A stretch of DNA of 64,000 nt from a virus: positions 1 to 64,000 of the IMG/VR virus record IMGVR_UViG_3300021079_000001, one strand, 5' to 3'. Below, piece after piece: positions 52,401-58,526 of this stretch. Below the pieces are notes generated by a model. It had not been told where the DNA came from. It saw only the letters and a list, made by a program, of their open reading frames with translations, and searched no databases. The translations under genes were made by a program, and so were the position numbers. How positions within the stretch are numbered: the stretch's first letter is position 1; the number at the start of each line of letters is the position of its first letter.

Positions 52401-55400
52401 AAAAAGGATTGCCACGAATGTTCAAGTTTATTGATTATGATATTGCAGGTGATCATGATAAAGAACTTACAGCAATATGGGAACAGAAAAAACAGCTGTT
52501 GCCTGATAATATAGAAGATGCTGATGACTTATTTGAACAAGTATCAGAAGGTGTATCCGGTAAGACTATCCGTGAGTTATCAAGAATGGAAAAAGAGTTA
52601 GCTAAAAAGATAAAAGCTCTTGACCAATCATTAGAAGATTTCTTAAAGGAAAATAGAGGTAAATCTCCATATGATGTTAATAGCAAAGAAGCTATAGAAA
52701 ACAAGTTACAAATGGATATGGATGGTGTTCTTAGGCATCCTGATAACTTTGATCAGCTGGTGCATGTGAACAGTGCAGAACAAATGAAGAAGGCTACTAA
52801 AGATATCCAGAAGCTGAAAGAGAGTCAATTGCCTGATGACAAAAAGACACAATCCAGGGATAAGGATGATATCAATTATTCTGAAGTACTAGATCCTGTA
52901 TATGTATCACAACAACGTCAGGATATGTTGGATAGTAAGTATAGGATAGGTATAGGTGCACAGAATAATACTGGTCACTCTTTAGCTCAAAGTGCCAAGT
53001 ATCCTATAGTAGTAAGAGGTACTAAGTTAACAGAAAAAGATGCCGAATTAATACCAGTAGGTGCAGATGGTAAATTAGACTGGCAAATACATCTTCCCCA
53101 TAATGATGCTACTAAATTATGGTATGATAGAAACAGTAATACATGGAAAGATGCTGTAGCTACCTTATCTGGTAATAAAGTTAACAATCAATATATAGCA
53201 GAGTTACTTGCACAGTATATAGATGGTGCTGTTGATGGTCCTAAAGATCCATGGTTAATGAAAGTCTTCCCTTCACAAGATGCATTATCTACAGCAGTAT
53301 TTCTTACTCGTACAGGTGTACCTATTAATGATGTAGTATTGCTGATACACCAACCTGCAGTTCTTAAACTAATAGAAGAGCGTAATAAATACCAGACTCG
53401 TAGAAACCTTGATCCTAATGCCAGAGTACCTAGAAAAGAGGTAGTGAATAATGTAAGGAGTTTATATCCAGGTAATTGGATGCCTGTATCTGGTAACTTA
53501 GATAGGAATATCATGAAAGAGCAAGTGGCTCTGAGTGGTGCTAATAAAAAAGTTGATAATGCTTTCCAACAACAAGTGTTGACAGAATACTTAAAGTATG
53601 AGATGTATGCCAACCATGCTTTTAGAACACAAATAGGAACACCATATGATCTTATAAGTTCTCCAGATGCAGCTACTATGTATGCACAAAATAGAGCGTA
53701 TGAAAACTCTTTACAAAACAATGTAATATCCTCACCTATTAATATAGTAGAAGATAGTTTTCTAGCTGCTAGAAAGAAAAGTCTTAATGAAGCAGTAAAA
53801 ATGATAGGTGCTGTTATGGAAAGTTCTTCAGAAGCATTTATAAAACAAATTGAACCAATATGGAAAGCTCTTACTCATCCTGATGTAATAATGAAAAATG
53901 ATGACAGGATTGCATCTATGAATAAAGCCATTGTAAAATTCGTAGATTTTTTATCAAGTAGGTACCACATGCCTACAGGTATACCGATTGCTGATGGTAT
54001 AAAACAACTCATGATGAGTAATGCTATACCCAAGTTATTGAAAGAGGCACAGCTAAAACATCCTGATAATAAAGCTATACAAGCACTTAGTGTAGATATA
54101 CCTATATTCTCCAGGGACATGAAGAATGTGGTTATGTTCAAAAAACCAAAAGGTGCTGATGCTGATATGCTTACACAATACTTCAGAGAGTTTAGAGATT
54201 TTGGTCCTGAAGAGAAAAAGTTGTACGATAACCTTGTAATACTGGATAGACTACAATATGGTGCTACTGATAGGTTGAAAGCGTATGGCAAGTTCATACC
54301 TGCTGAAGATGCAGTTATTGCTCCTAAAGCTGGAATGAAAATGCTCAATGACATACCTTCAGCTGTACAGACATTTATAGAGACTAACCAATTCTATAAG
54401 AACGGTTGGAATGATGAAGAACTTGTACCATCTGTTAAGAAGTTTAATAGAAGTAAGAATATAGAAGGGTTAAAAAACAGAGTAGTTACACTAAAGAAAG
54501 GGAGTTGGGGTTCTACATCAGCGGCAGTTAAGATATGGGAATATATCAATCCGGATACAGGTAGGAAATACACAGATAGAGAAGTTGAAGAACTAGCACT
54601 AAAAGGGTTTAAACCTAAAACTGTACCTGAATTATACCGTAGAATAGAAAATAGTGAAGGAGAGCCTGTGATAATTAAAGATGCTAAAGGTGTAGAGTAC
54701 TACTCCTATAAACAGATTAATGCACTAGGAGATGGGCCTAACTTACAGGAATATTATGAAGATAATAGACCATCTGTACGTGATATGCATTTTAAAATAG
54801 AAGAAGAGGATAATAATAAAGTAAGATCAGCATTAGAAAAAGATGGATGGCAGATGGAAGAACCTGTAAAGAAAGAAGTGTTAGATGCTATGAAATCTCA
54901 ACAACCTGTAGTACCTTCACAGCGTATAACTAGTAGTAGAGTGAAACCTAACGAAAAGGGTGAGTATAATATATATGCAGGTACTGGAGAGAATGTAACA
55001 CTCTCTAATATGACTAATAGACCATTCACTATAGGAGGGTCTGAGTACAAGTCGGTTGAACAGTACTTCCAACTACAAAAGTATCAGATAGCTGGAGTAA
55101 TAGAACCTATAAGTGAGCAATACTCAGCACAAGTATACAAGAAGATAGGAGAGATGGCAGATGCTATAGATAAACCGAATATATCAGGATATGAAGCTAA
55201 GAAGCTAGGAGGCATTAGAATACCCAACAGTAAGTTCGATGAAGTATTCTGGGATAAGGAGGGTAAACAAGCTATGAAGACAGCTATGAAAGAGTCATTC
55301 AAGCAGAATCCAGAGTCACTCAGAGATCTACTGGCTACCGGGGATGCTAAGTTGACTCATACACAGGATAAAGGGAAATGGGGTGCTGAATTCCCTAGAC

Positions 55401-55504
55401 TACTGACCGAAGTACGTGATGAACTACGTAAGACAGAGAAACTACTAGAACCTTCGAACCTGAAGGAACAGAATAAAGCAGATGAATGGAAACCTAAGTG
55501 CTAA
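40421..55504 (+). CDS. virion-packaged two-barrel RNA polymerase polyprotein, 5027 aa, with J-domain, zincin and NADAR domains
   Basis: Catalytic 'SDFDVDK' (52349-52363), 'GFRIP', 'NDGQSY', 'AVDGPKDP'; HESFH zincin (48038); HPD (47240); C-terminal NADAR; N-terminal hydrophobic segments. Confidence 0.9.
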   Translation: MPDNNTTIPSTDRGMNDRSLDINTSLAQTQSAFEQATQVHEMLPVVTPGLAKAQAPSGGRKRDEMYDAFKGLTDQVDNATARHPEDNSYISKVDLPKDYDRYPVYYQGLNNEDREGKRQGTLEKLGYGLARGLNSAGKVFADNTIGLVANTASWLSGGGFIDTDWNKMSKAWGDSVEKSTPLYITDAEKNKNWYDPTGWITGNHIAGLMENMGFVAGMAGSMYAFGGLGNAAEGISVGKTSLQLGEVETTLGARLSGNVAYKEGVANLAKINSVIGDVPEGSKWAAQITEEINGAKTAQDVVKVTKKWKDLAETYSTQAKLYGQGKNALITATANLGMASGMGYDANLNFTQKMYDEIRTKENREPSAEEKAKIKELAGTVGTVTTVLTTLASMVSFGGVFKGLLNKEGTEVALRESIDDIMIKGEKGQLSMKGTPHLGETVYEPYKFSPTATSKIGQFGQKAWDVTKRISGKAGTFIDPWAGAGMVEFSTISPTVENYYGKKYMTGEEDVAGAIGSTFKDMSIKDLLGTFVTGMLAPMPFEIAGKLRETKATKDNTSAAAKAFTDNYMGGYLHMLQGSISRGKVISRDIVEKERVGDKEGANNSRREQWESYLYPRIRHGQKWLVDQDIQGYREEVSTEEGIRRLQAKGEFPKGDNLLELKDNFLAHLDEMKKQADAAESYYKAITLEYGGYTDAAGKRIFNDEHVEKMMYLSGMTDYSSERIDKIAGELRTSDVLTSLYNGADKDLNKLILALSKPTIDPAVVRVKDIESSARSIADKLFKAIADKVKDNTLPIDKAKELRTKLANIIRFQADKSNYISEYKNIINNPEAHTDNIKEQLVPSSTSGTPQAAGETNVIKGPTIKLIHGNSVKDDKGKTVPSDIEVGKEYSAGMKMVPASYKGHIGSVGEFAQFTVVGEHYRKVEGQVYRAGQPDISPTPLLNPAGDPVMKGRHIDIQYKQGDSILQKAVKAEQFAQYKLVKVEDLDKNTNLSWYMRNYKKGVTFQFQHNNDLARKEGFIKYNPETKGLEFEYIGPDGKPLRRPIDAKDFKPTLDKDGNVLHEARIKSTGFSVQEILSKEEYEKMKKDQERNDPNGQKRAQALLTIVGDQWREADNKLREINENIAEHEEYLKLEKEYLDKWQESIKGEKTSSKKIQTVLGKIRVANEEYDKLQEHLESMYEQRDDLKGQLEYLQGTLRDIEDLGLGKEVMDKIQESQDSMKEMIGHNELATTALETAVGKLKDFISKLYSTIANKIKRFTREYINAPDNATRELRAIMVASKEAIEEQSYEQGGRREEDKALQMIDWFEKYPDYFKDREEIEGESSKVDLTEQEIKDLQDKIAEVQAETKNFRSQLKASEKLLSTLKEKWDAWMKEDEVNKLFKRASTSGNVANSIDSFQSRMNAGIQGSVEGTTQELQEQKHPEVTVFQTKPSVENYASTVVIHEDSAFPDSPLFTGYVGNENVYHTLTVDGEQIPWWKREASLFNKVSQGHQPEGTTGTVKAVPIHVGNQEASGYTGFLPDSYEYAGETIQNSDAKRGTLAVLYVYEDANDSNVYWTVDKEGNKLRKVDEVPTDETEKQEYYNNLTYGILRSGELEGITESAKGRDAGKKFNDVPSDPAEKARLQLIIDDFREGLMKRDNIWPVLDGNLSQGILKISKDQNGKTVIRNHSVADAGVITTEQLSIPGTLEVAVNPDAVSPKMGILSTGSRGFLGRTYINTATGSYMVNTRRIQPHEAPNLFKLIQKVAKGMYDAFNKAAGDTGKEKTALTTYTNSAEAKEIQQFLGDMLYYKAPAKGTSGERGMIYFGQHAEVNESGNQVLVRGLYIHGVDDKVNFYPIADLLTNEDARIRIEALIGGIEDGQPGLFHNVNNVTLKNPLEAWNHLTVNEDGTLSREKWSNYQHYLLSGERPDGTKRKTGIGGDIPVSTNAIKPQGIESPIVGRMFKVRHTDPAHEYKAPEKKAPEKAPVSAPPLPSLSGDVKEEPIKIQVAGKDKYVRIGGDPQELIMADVVKDGEVIPGSKVDVKVYRGADNKIVVEPIAINGERVPEDLIAIKATTNVWQDRLNANDKAPIAKQPTTSAVIKIDIAGELTDVKVQDAVQFFPTKDTVRDGETIKGVSVGVKVSRGVDGKIIVDPVSIDGESVPEDLAAIRATTNVWQSRLQDKDATAVTPTPVTSTPVSDIDAKKAEIEKRKQEELAIVPTNNNKDVSTFVSGFRNTFDKLMDKLNIDKSDKTSRAKINEVFRRYGYGTTDEIDENKANQLYKDYAKKIHPDKFQDENIKNIATEFISQLNEAKKEGNVTALNNIYRLFIEEKYNAELAALDKEEAGTTEEAKRGDIEKYKKLKVELTGQGKTFEIEVIGDKRPFLLTVDIGTGRFTLWGDKQPDGTYRTTQDLPSAEDVQKLVDKYIPKELSDALTKWSQERNSGSLETRLDRADVAEQEVLKLTKKPITTNSYVPPSAPFPDANLRTIQPGEVAVQDAAKKEQLGQFLKRALPQLTLQESDDIIRLAGRPEAWGMTKGNLITLYKSAPEVAGYHESFHPVIDLLATNREKKDMYNEFRNRKGGFYDLESSKMIRYKDATDFQINDQLSEEFGKFKVTGQLMDVAPMKKNFFQRLWNALKALFHTPTTIHDIFQAVEKGEFATRELREYKGTENLSAIRSLQEKGISMQTINTTVRGVVGMVGARLRTEPGIWQKLRKGEMTEDDLLNPIKEELIRTNWHDVVTNWEDFRKEIITVLHANGLKSTKGKLVKDGIKSSEDIKETRGEDANNKDYAVDKLMLDSKVNAAAEIRALYNFNIHAQFPQDRRHSKSNKPLQEYNPDMELPPAIRETNGMPKMVGDNKDWYLTMSALANTTGLENIKKKFRELAAQNPNLVRIYKAVFGEEGAQMTIDQIKLQNLFIKTFNKQNINDMMTVIEENGNVFGNNINKNAAARQKIGEFLSNIRGMYNPAKPSESIVAIDRYGNYTFKKGSEPKLSITTNAAQNERNALQFLKNIGFEFPESIFKRLKNQSDKEKVVGVASKIAGLLPKISTKGGVFTMESMDIQGPINELARLYVKAAGDDKSTNYSNINSESQSAYTDYNKIAEVAITINQVGHWDQLPDHYKTDPWCQESQLMSKGGLLFHEDGKKRDNMDIVPTITSGLKVGNRVVTNDRMNMGTRLVQGINMNAEGVFYNILNADAKTEWGLNIGNGKMYISPSTYRIKADRNKKVSKIFNGYLKAEIETIKDFDNRSQFSQLNKKVGDTVIGKQLRFFKDMLPEDMVKKIEDYANSDSPISTSQFVESLPGLQDAIEAHIEKLVKSQKEELIKEGVITNHESGMYNFYGLSSDHVDKELQLGKKQTEDGVTERLYSSENIDDIIRFRTLNYMIHNTELFKMVGGDPGIWTDIAKRFKLFQSVKEFTANGTNTGSLRGVQADHYNKVGEHQLLPGQAGYTDFSDTLYILTYADEKNMQSYNHEQLNKVAGSEEYSSMIINDGQSYLSPTAYRQQGIRNGTWDNIPGQEDAYQYDMAKFRQDADKRYKAGESKFEGFQYTDDAAGKSLRTADEKLVQKGDPDIYGSTYIKKPMAIGNYALTDRLTPYAIKTSSLGLTWGLVEGKMLEDKFLYMLKENIGHMGSISQLKIGGLVDPPSLYNKEGKFGLTEMDAKAHRMPISWSDWGIISETAGEHHEVSMVSQANKLITQTLFSNSTPVTFKGTPEDWSRLPENKKLENEQYRQYKEINSSLSALSKKGEEEIMHIAGLVQVAGGYKVEQLGNIVTYISGEVARREQAANIKDGLDVEYDENTETEKLLNPIESLPNFSQVKNIINSLIDKKITRRKVNGGQKIIVSVVGFENNEDGIRRDKDTGKLIADRLTFHELVENGKKVTRMQVFMPNFMKAKLEKNWAEKGITPPSKKALFKYLSSKEGNELLVGLGFRIPVEGLNFMSSFEIVPFREENIIKGIEGEMFMPSSYGDAIVVPAEMSTKDSSDFDVDKISTYLPNFYTDEKGLPRMFKFIDYDIAGDHDKELTAIWEQKKQLLPDNIEDADDLFEQVSEGVSGKTIRELSRMEKELAKKIKALDQSLEDFLKENRGKSPYDVNSKEAIENKLQMDMDGVLRHPDNFDQLVHVNSAEQMKKATKDIQKLKESQLPDDKKTQSRDKDDINYSEVLDPVYVSQQRQDMLDSKYRIGIGAQNNTGHSLAQSAKYPIVVRGTKLTEKDAELIPVGADGKLDWQIHLPHNDATKLWYDRNSNTWKDAVATLSGNKVNNQYIAELLAQYIDGAVDGPKDPWLMKVFPSQDALSTAVFLTRTGVPINDVVLLIHQPAVLKLIEERNKYQTRRNLDPNARVPRKEVVNNVRSLYPGNWMPVSGNLDRNIMKEQVALSGANKKVDNAFQQQVLTEYLKYEMYANHAFRTQIGTPYDLISSPDAATMYAQNRAYENSLQNNVISSPINIVEDSFLAARKKSLNEAVKMIGAVMESSSEAFIKQIEPIWKALTHPDVIMKNDDRIASMNKAIVKFVDFLSSRYHMPTGIPIADGIKQLMMSNAIPKLLKEAQLKHPDNKAIQALSVDIPIFSRDMKNVVMFKKPKGADADMLTQYFREFRDFGPEEKKLYDNLVILDRLQYGATDRLKAYGKFIPAEDAVIAPKAGMKMLNDIPSAVQTFIETNQFYKNGWNDEELVPSVKKFNRSKNIEGLKNRVVTLKKGSWGSTSAAVKIWEYINPDTGRKYTDREVEELALKGFKPKTVPELYRRIENSEGEPVIIKDAKGVEYYSYKQINALGDGPNLQEYYEDNRPSVRDMHFKIEEEDNNKVRSALEKDGWQMEEPVKKEVLDAMKSQQPVVPSQRITSSRVKPNEKGEYNIYAGTGENVTLSNMTNRPFTIGGSEYKSVEQYFQLQKYQIAGVIEPISEQYSAQVYKKIGEMADAIDKPNISGYEAKKLGGIRIPNSKFDEVFWDKEGKQAMKTAMKESFKQNPESLRDLLATGDAKLTHTQDKGKWGAEFPRLLTEVRDELRKTEKLLEPSNLKEQNKADEWKPKC
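46382..46925 (+). repeat. tandem duplication of a ~97-aa domain inside the RNAP gene (291-bp period)
   Basis: 'IKI..AG...D.V.DGE.I.G..V.VKV.RG.D.KI.V.P..I.GE.VPEDL.AI.ATTNVWQ.RL' occurs twice. Confidence 0.9.
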
Positions 55505-55507
55505 TAT

Positions 55508-55897
55508 ATGGACGGTACTAAGAACATACGAATAGAGTTCCTCGAACCCCATCAAATGAGGTATATTACCGTTGGTGACTATTTCGAAACTGATACTGAA
55601 ATCGTATTTCAGATAGTGAAACAGAATGACCCCCGTAAGAATCTACTAATAGCACTACATGAGTATATTGAGTACACACTATGCACTGATCGGGATATAA
55701 CAGAGCAGGAGATCATGGAATTTGATCTGCAATGGGAAAAGAATCACCCAACAGGGTTAGATGACGGTATAGAGCCCGGAGATGACCCCAAGGCACCATA
55801 TCGAAATGAGCACAGAATAGCAGAGAATTTCGAGAGACAACTGGCAGAGTACCTTGGAATAATATGGAAGGAATATGAAGACAACTTAATATACTAA
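55508..55897 (+). CDS. small putative metalloenzyme (HExxE, zincin-like)
   Basis: 'IALHEYIEY' plus downstream 'EPGDDPKAPYRNEH.IAE..ER'. Confidence 0.55.
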   Translation: MDGTKNIRIEFLEPHQMRYITVGDYFETDTEIVFQIVKQNDPRKNLLIALHEYIEYTLCTDRDITEQEIMEFDLQWEKNHPTGLDDGIEPGDDPKAPYRNEHRIAENFERQLAEYLGIIWKEYEDNLIY

Positions 55898-55898
55898 T

Positions 55899-57185
55899 AT
55901 GGCTAATCTCAAAGACAAAACACTGTTATATGTCTGTTCGGGTGGATTTTTTGAAACTGCTCTATCTTTGGCTGACTACTATAAGGAGGTACTATACTAT
56001 GTACAGTGGACATCAGGGTTCCCGGGTATGGATAAGTGCGTGGTAGGTAGTGAATATAAGAACGGCAAGGTACTGGATACATTCGATGGTAAACCACTAC
56101 GAAGAGTGTACGACATATATAGTCATCTGGAGGAAGTTGATATCATCATGTACTCTGATGTCTATGATGGTGAACAGGCAGAGTTCTTCAGGGGTCTGGG
56201 ATATCCTGTAGTATCAGCAGGTAAAGGAGCTGAACTGGAACTGGATAGGTGGAAGTGTAAGATGGAGTTCAAGGGAGCTGGAATGGATGTTAACCCTGCT
56301 AAGAGAGTAATAGGTATAGATGCACTCCGTGAAGAACTCATGAAGGTAAAGGACAGGTATGTAAAAATTTCCAGGTTCCGGAAACAGACTGAGACATTCC
56401 ACCATAATGAGTATATACTTACTGAACCATTGTTGAGCAAGATGGAGCACGAAATGGGTCCCATGAGTAAGATCATAGAGTTCATTATCGAAGAGCCTAT
56501 AGATGCTGTAGTAGAGGAAGGTTGTGATATGTACTCAGTCTCAGGTAAGTACCCTCAGATGCTACTAGCAGGTGTAGAGATCAAGGATACTGGATATGCT
56601 GGTATGATAATGCCCTATGATAAGTTATCCAAAGGAGTTAAAGAGACTAATGCACAGATATCTGGTATTCTCAAGAAGGTAAAGTATCAAGGATTCATCA
56701 GTACAGAAGTACGTACTACTAAGAGCAAGGAGCACTACCTTATAGATATGAGTTGCAGATTGCCTCAGCCACCTTCAGCACTGTATGGAGAGATGTTCGA
56801 TAACCTAGGTGATATAGTATGGGCACTAGGACAGAGAGAGGTCATAGATGTGAAACCAAAGGCTGTATACGGGTTATATTGTACTATATATAGTGAATGG
56901 TATCAAAAAGATCATCAGGCTATTTACTTTCCAGAAAAATACCGTAATAATGTTAAATTGTCTCAACCATTGAAAATAGACGGACAATACTATTGTCTAA
57001 ATTTCAATAACCATCCAGAATGTGGGTCAATAGTTACTGTAGGTGGTTCATTTGAGGATTGTAAGAAACAGATGGAAGAAATAGCCAAAGAAGTAAAAGG
57101 GTATGGGGTATCAGTGAAGACAGATAGTATAGATACTGCTATTGAGGAATTTGCTAAAATGATGAAAGGAAATGGCACTAAATAG
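55899..57185 (+). CDS. ATP-grasp ligase, distantly PurD/GARS-like
   Basis: 'AELELDR', 'RYVK', 'FIIEEPI..VEEG', 'YQGFISTE', 'YLIDMSCR' follow the ATP-grasp layout. Confidence 0.8.
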   Translation: MANLKDKTLLYVCSGGFFETALSLADYYKEVLYYVQWTSGFPGMDKCVVGSEYKNGKVLDTFDGKPLRRVYDIYSHLEEVDIIMYSDVYDGEQAEFFRGLGYPVVSAGKGAELELDRWKCKMEFKGAGMDVNPAKRVIGIDALREELMKVKDRYVKISRFRKQTETFHHNEYILTEPLLSKMEHEMGPMSKIIEFIIEEPIDAVVEEGCDMYSVSGKYPQMLLAGVEIKDTGYAGMIMPYDKLSKGVKETNAQISGILKKVKYQGFISTEVRTTKSKEHYLIDMSCRLPQPPSALYGEMFDNLGDIVWALGQREVIDVKPKAVYGLYCTIYSEWYQKDHQAIYFPEKYRNNVKLSQPLKIDGQYYCLNFNNHPECGSIVTVGGSFEDCKKQMEEIAKEVKGYGVSVKTDSIDTAIEEFAKMMKGNGTK

Positions 57186-57552
57186 TACTACAGTCAATGC
57201 GCAGATGTTCCAGAAACAACCTAAGAAGGAGGTTATGGGTCTACGTCAACTCTCCAGGGAATTGATGATGAGTGAGTATACTGTAGCTGAATATCCCGGG
57301 TTAGTGCTAAAGTTCCTACATGGAGGTATACTACAGGTAAAAGGAAAAGAAAGTACCCCACGTATATACCGGTATACCCTAGCCCATACTGAAGGGGTAT
57401 ACAGGATGACTACAGCCCCTCATCTGCTCAATGAACCCTGTACTATGGACATGAAGATAATGAAGAACCACATGACCCTCAGTAACACAGATGGTACAGA
57501 AATAATACATCTTAACAAAATTAAAATATGTGCATACGATAACTCAAAATAG
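57172..57552 (+). CDS. hypothetical beta-rich protein; apparent target of the homing endonuclease insertion
   Basis: ORF track; its C-terminus AYDNSK is duplicated at the end of the endonuclease ORF. Confidence 0.65.
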   Translation: MALNSTTVNAQMFQKQPKKEVMGLRQLSRELMMSEYTVAEYPGLVLKFLHGGILQVKGKESTPRIYRYTLAHTEGVYRMTTAPHLLNEPCTMDMKIMKNHMTLSNTDGTEIIHLNKIKICAYDNSK

Positions 57553-58525
57553 TTCTATAAGAAAGTTATCAGGAATATATAAGATAACCAATTCTATAAC
57601 TTTAGATTCTTACATAGGAAGTAGTACTACAATAGGTATTAGATGGGCTACTCATATACGAGAGGTAAAGTCTAATACACATGATAATGCCCATCTGCAA
57701 CGAGCAGTTAATAAATATGGAGTACAGAATTTTAAATTCGAAATACTTGCTACATGCCCCAATGAGTATCTATTCAGCCTAGAACAGTGGTTCATAGATA
57801 ACTTAAATCCGAGCTATAATATTGAACGTAATGTAAAGAAGTATATTACATGGAGTAAAACAGATGTACAAAAGAAAAATAGCACAACTATTGTACCGGA
57901 TCAAATAAATAAAGTTAGATATCTAGCAAAATCAGGAAGCAGTATTAGGGAAATAAGTAAGAATGTAAACATTAGTACAAGAAGTGTGTGTGATATTATA
58001 AATGCAAAAGGCAGATTCAAAGATTATACCCCTATTATAACAGGAAAGCTAAATAAAAAACTAAGTACTGCAGATAAAGAAAGTATAATAAAACTCTATA
58101 TAAATGAGGCTCATTCATACCAATCTATTGCTGACCTATATAAAGTCTCTAAGGCTACTATATTTTATATACTAAAGGATATAGACATTACTATTAAAAT
58201 GCAAGATCATGTATCTACATTAAATACTGCTATAGATGCAGTAAGAAAACAGGAAGTTGTTAAATTACTAAAAGGAGGAAAAGGCAATCATAAAAGTAGT
58301 AGAAGAAAAAAAGTATACCTCTATTATATTAATTCATATGATTTACTTGCTACCTTTGAATCTCAAGTAGAAGCTAGTAAAGTATTAGGTATTTCATCTT
58401 CTGGTATATCGCACAATATAAAAGGGTTAACTAAATTTATGACGTTATCAGGTAAAAGTATTATACAAGGTAAGGTCCAATTCACTGATAAGATACGAGT
58501 TAAAGCATACGATAATAGCAAGTAA
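57530..58525 (+). mobile_element. free-standing GIY-YIG homing endonuclease with HTH and NUMOD1-type DNA-binding domains
   Basis: 'SGIYKITN..SYIGSS..RW..H', 'EQWFI..LNPSYN', two HTH-like repeats, 'TFESQVEASKVLGISSSGI'; more AT-rich than its neighbours. Confidence 0.9.
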
Positions 58526-58526
58526 C

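Noticed and set aside
55899-57185. Calling the ATP-grasp gene purD
   Set aside because: It lacks the PurD N-terminal GxGGRE motif and has no purine pathway context; only fold-level similarity is supportable.
57530-58525. Group I intron around the GIY-YIG gene
   Set aside because: No non-coding flanks are available for a ribozyme core, and the upstream gene already ends properly.
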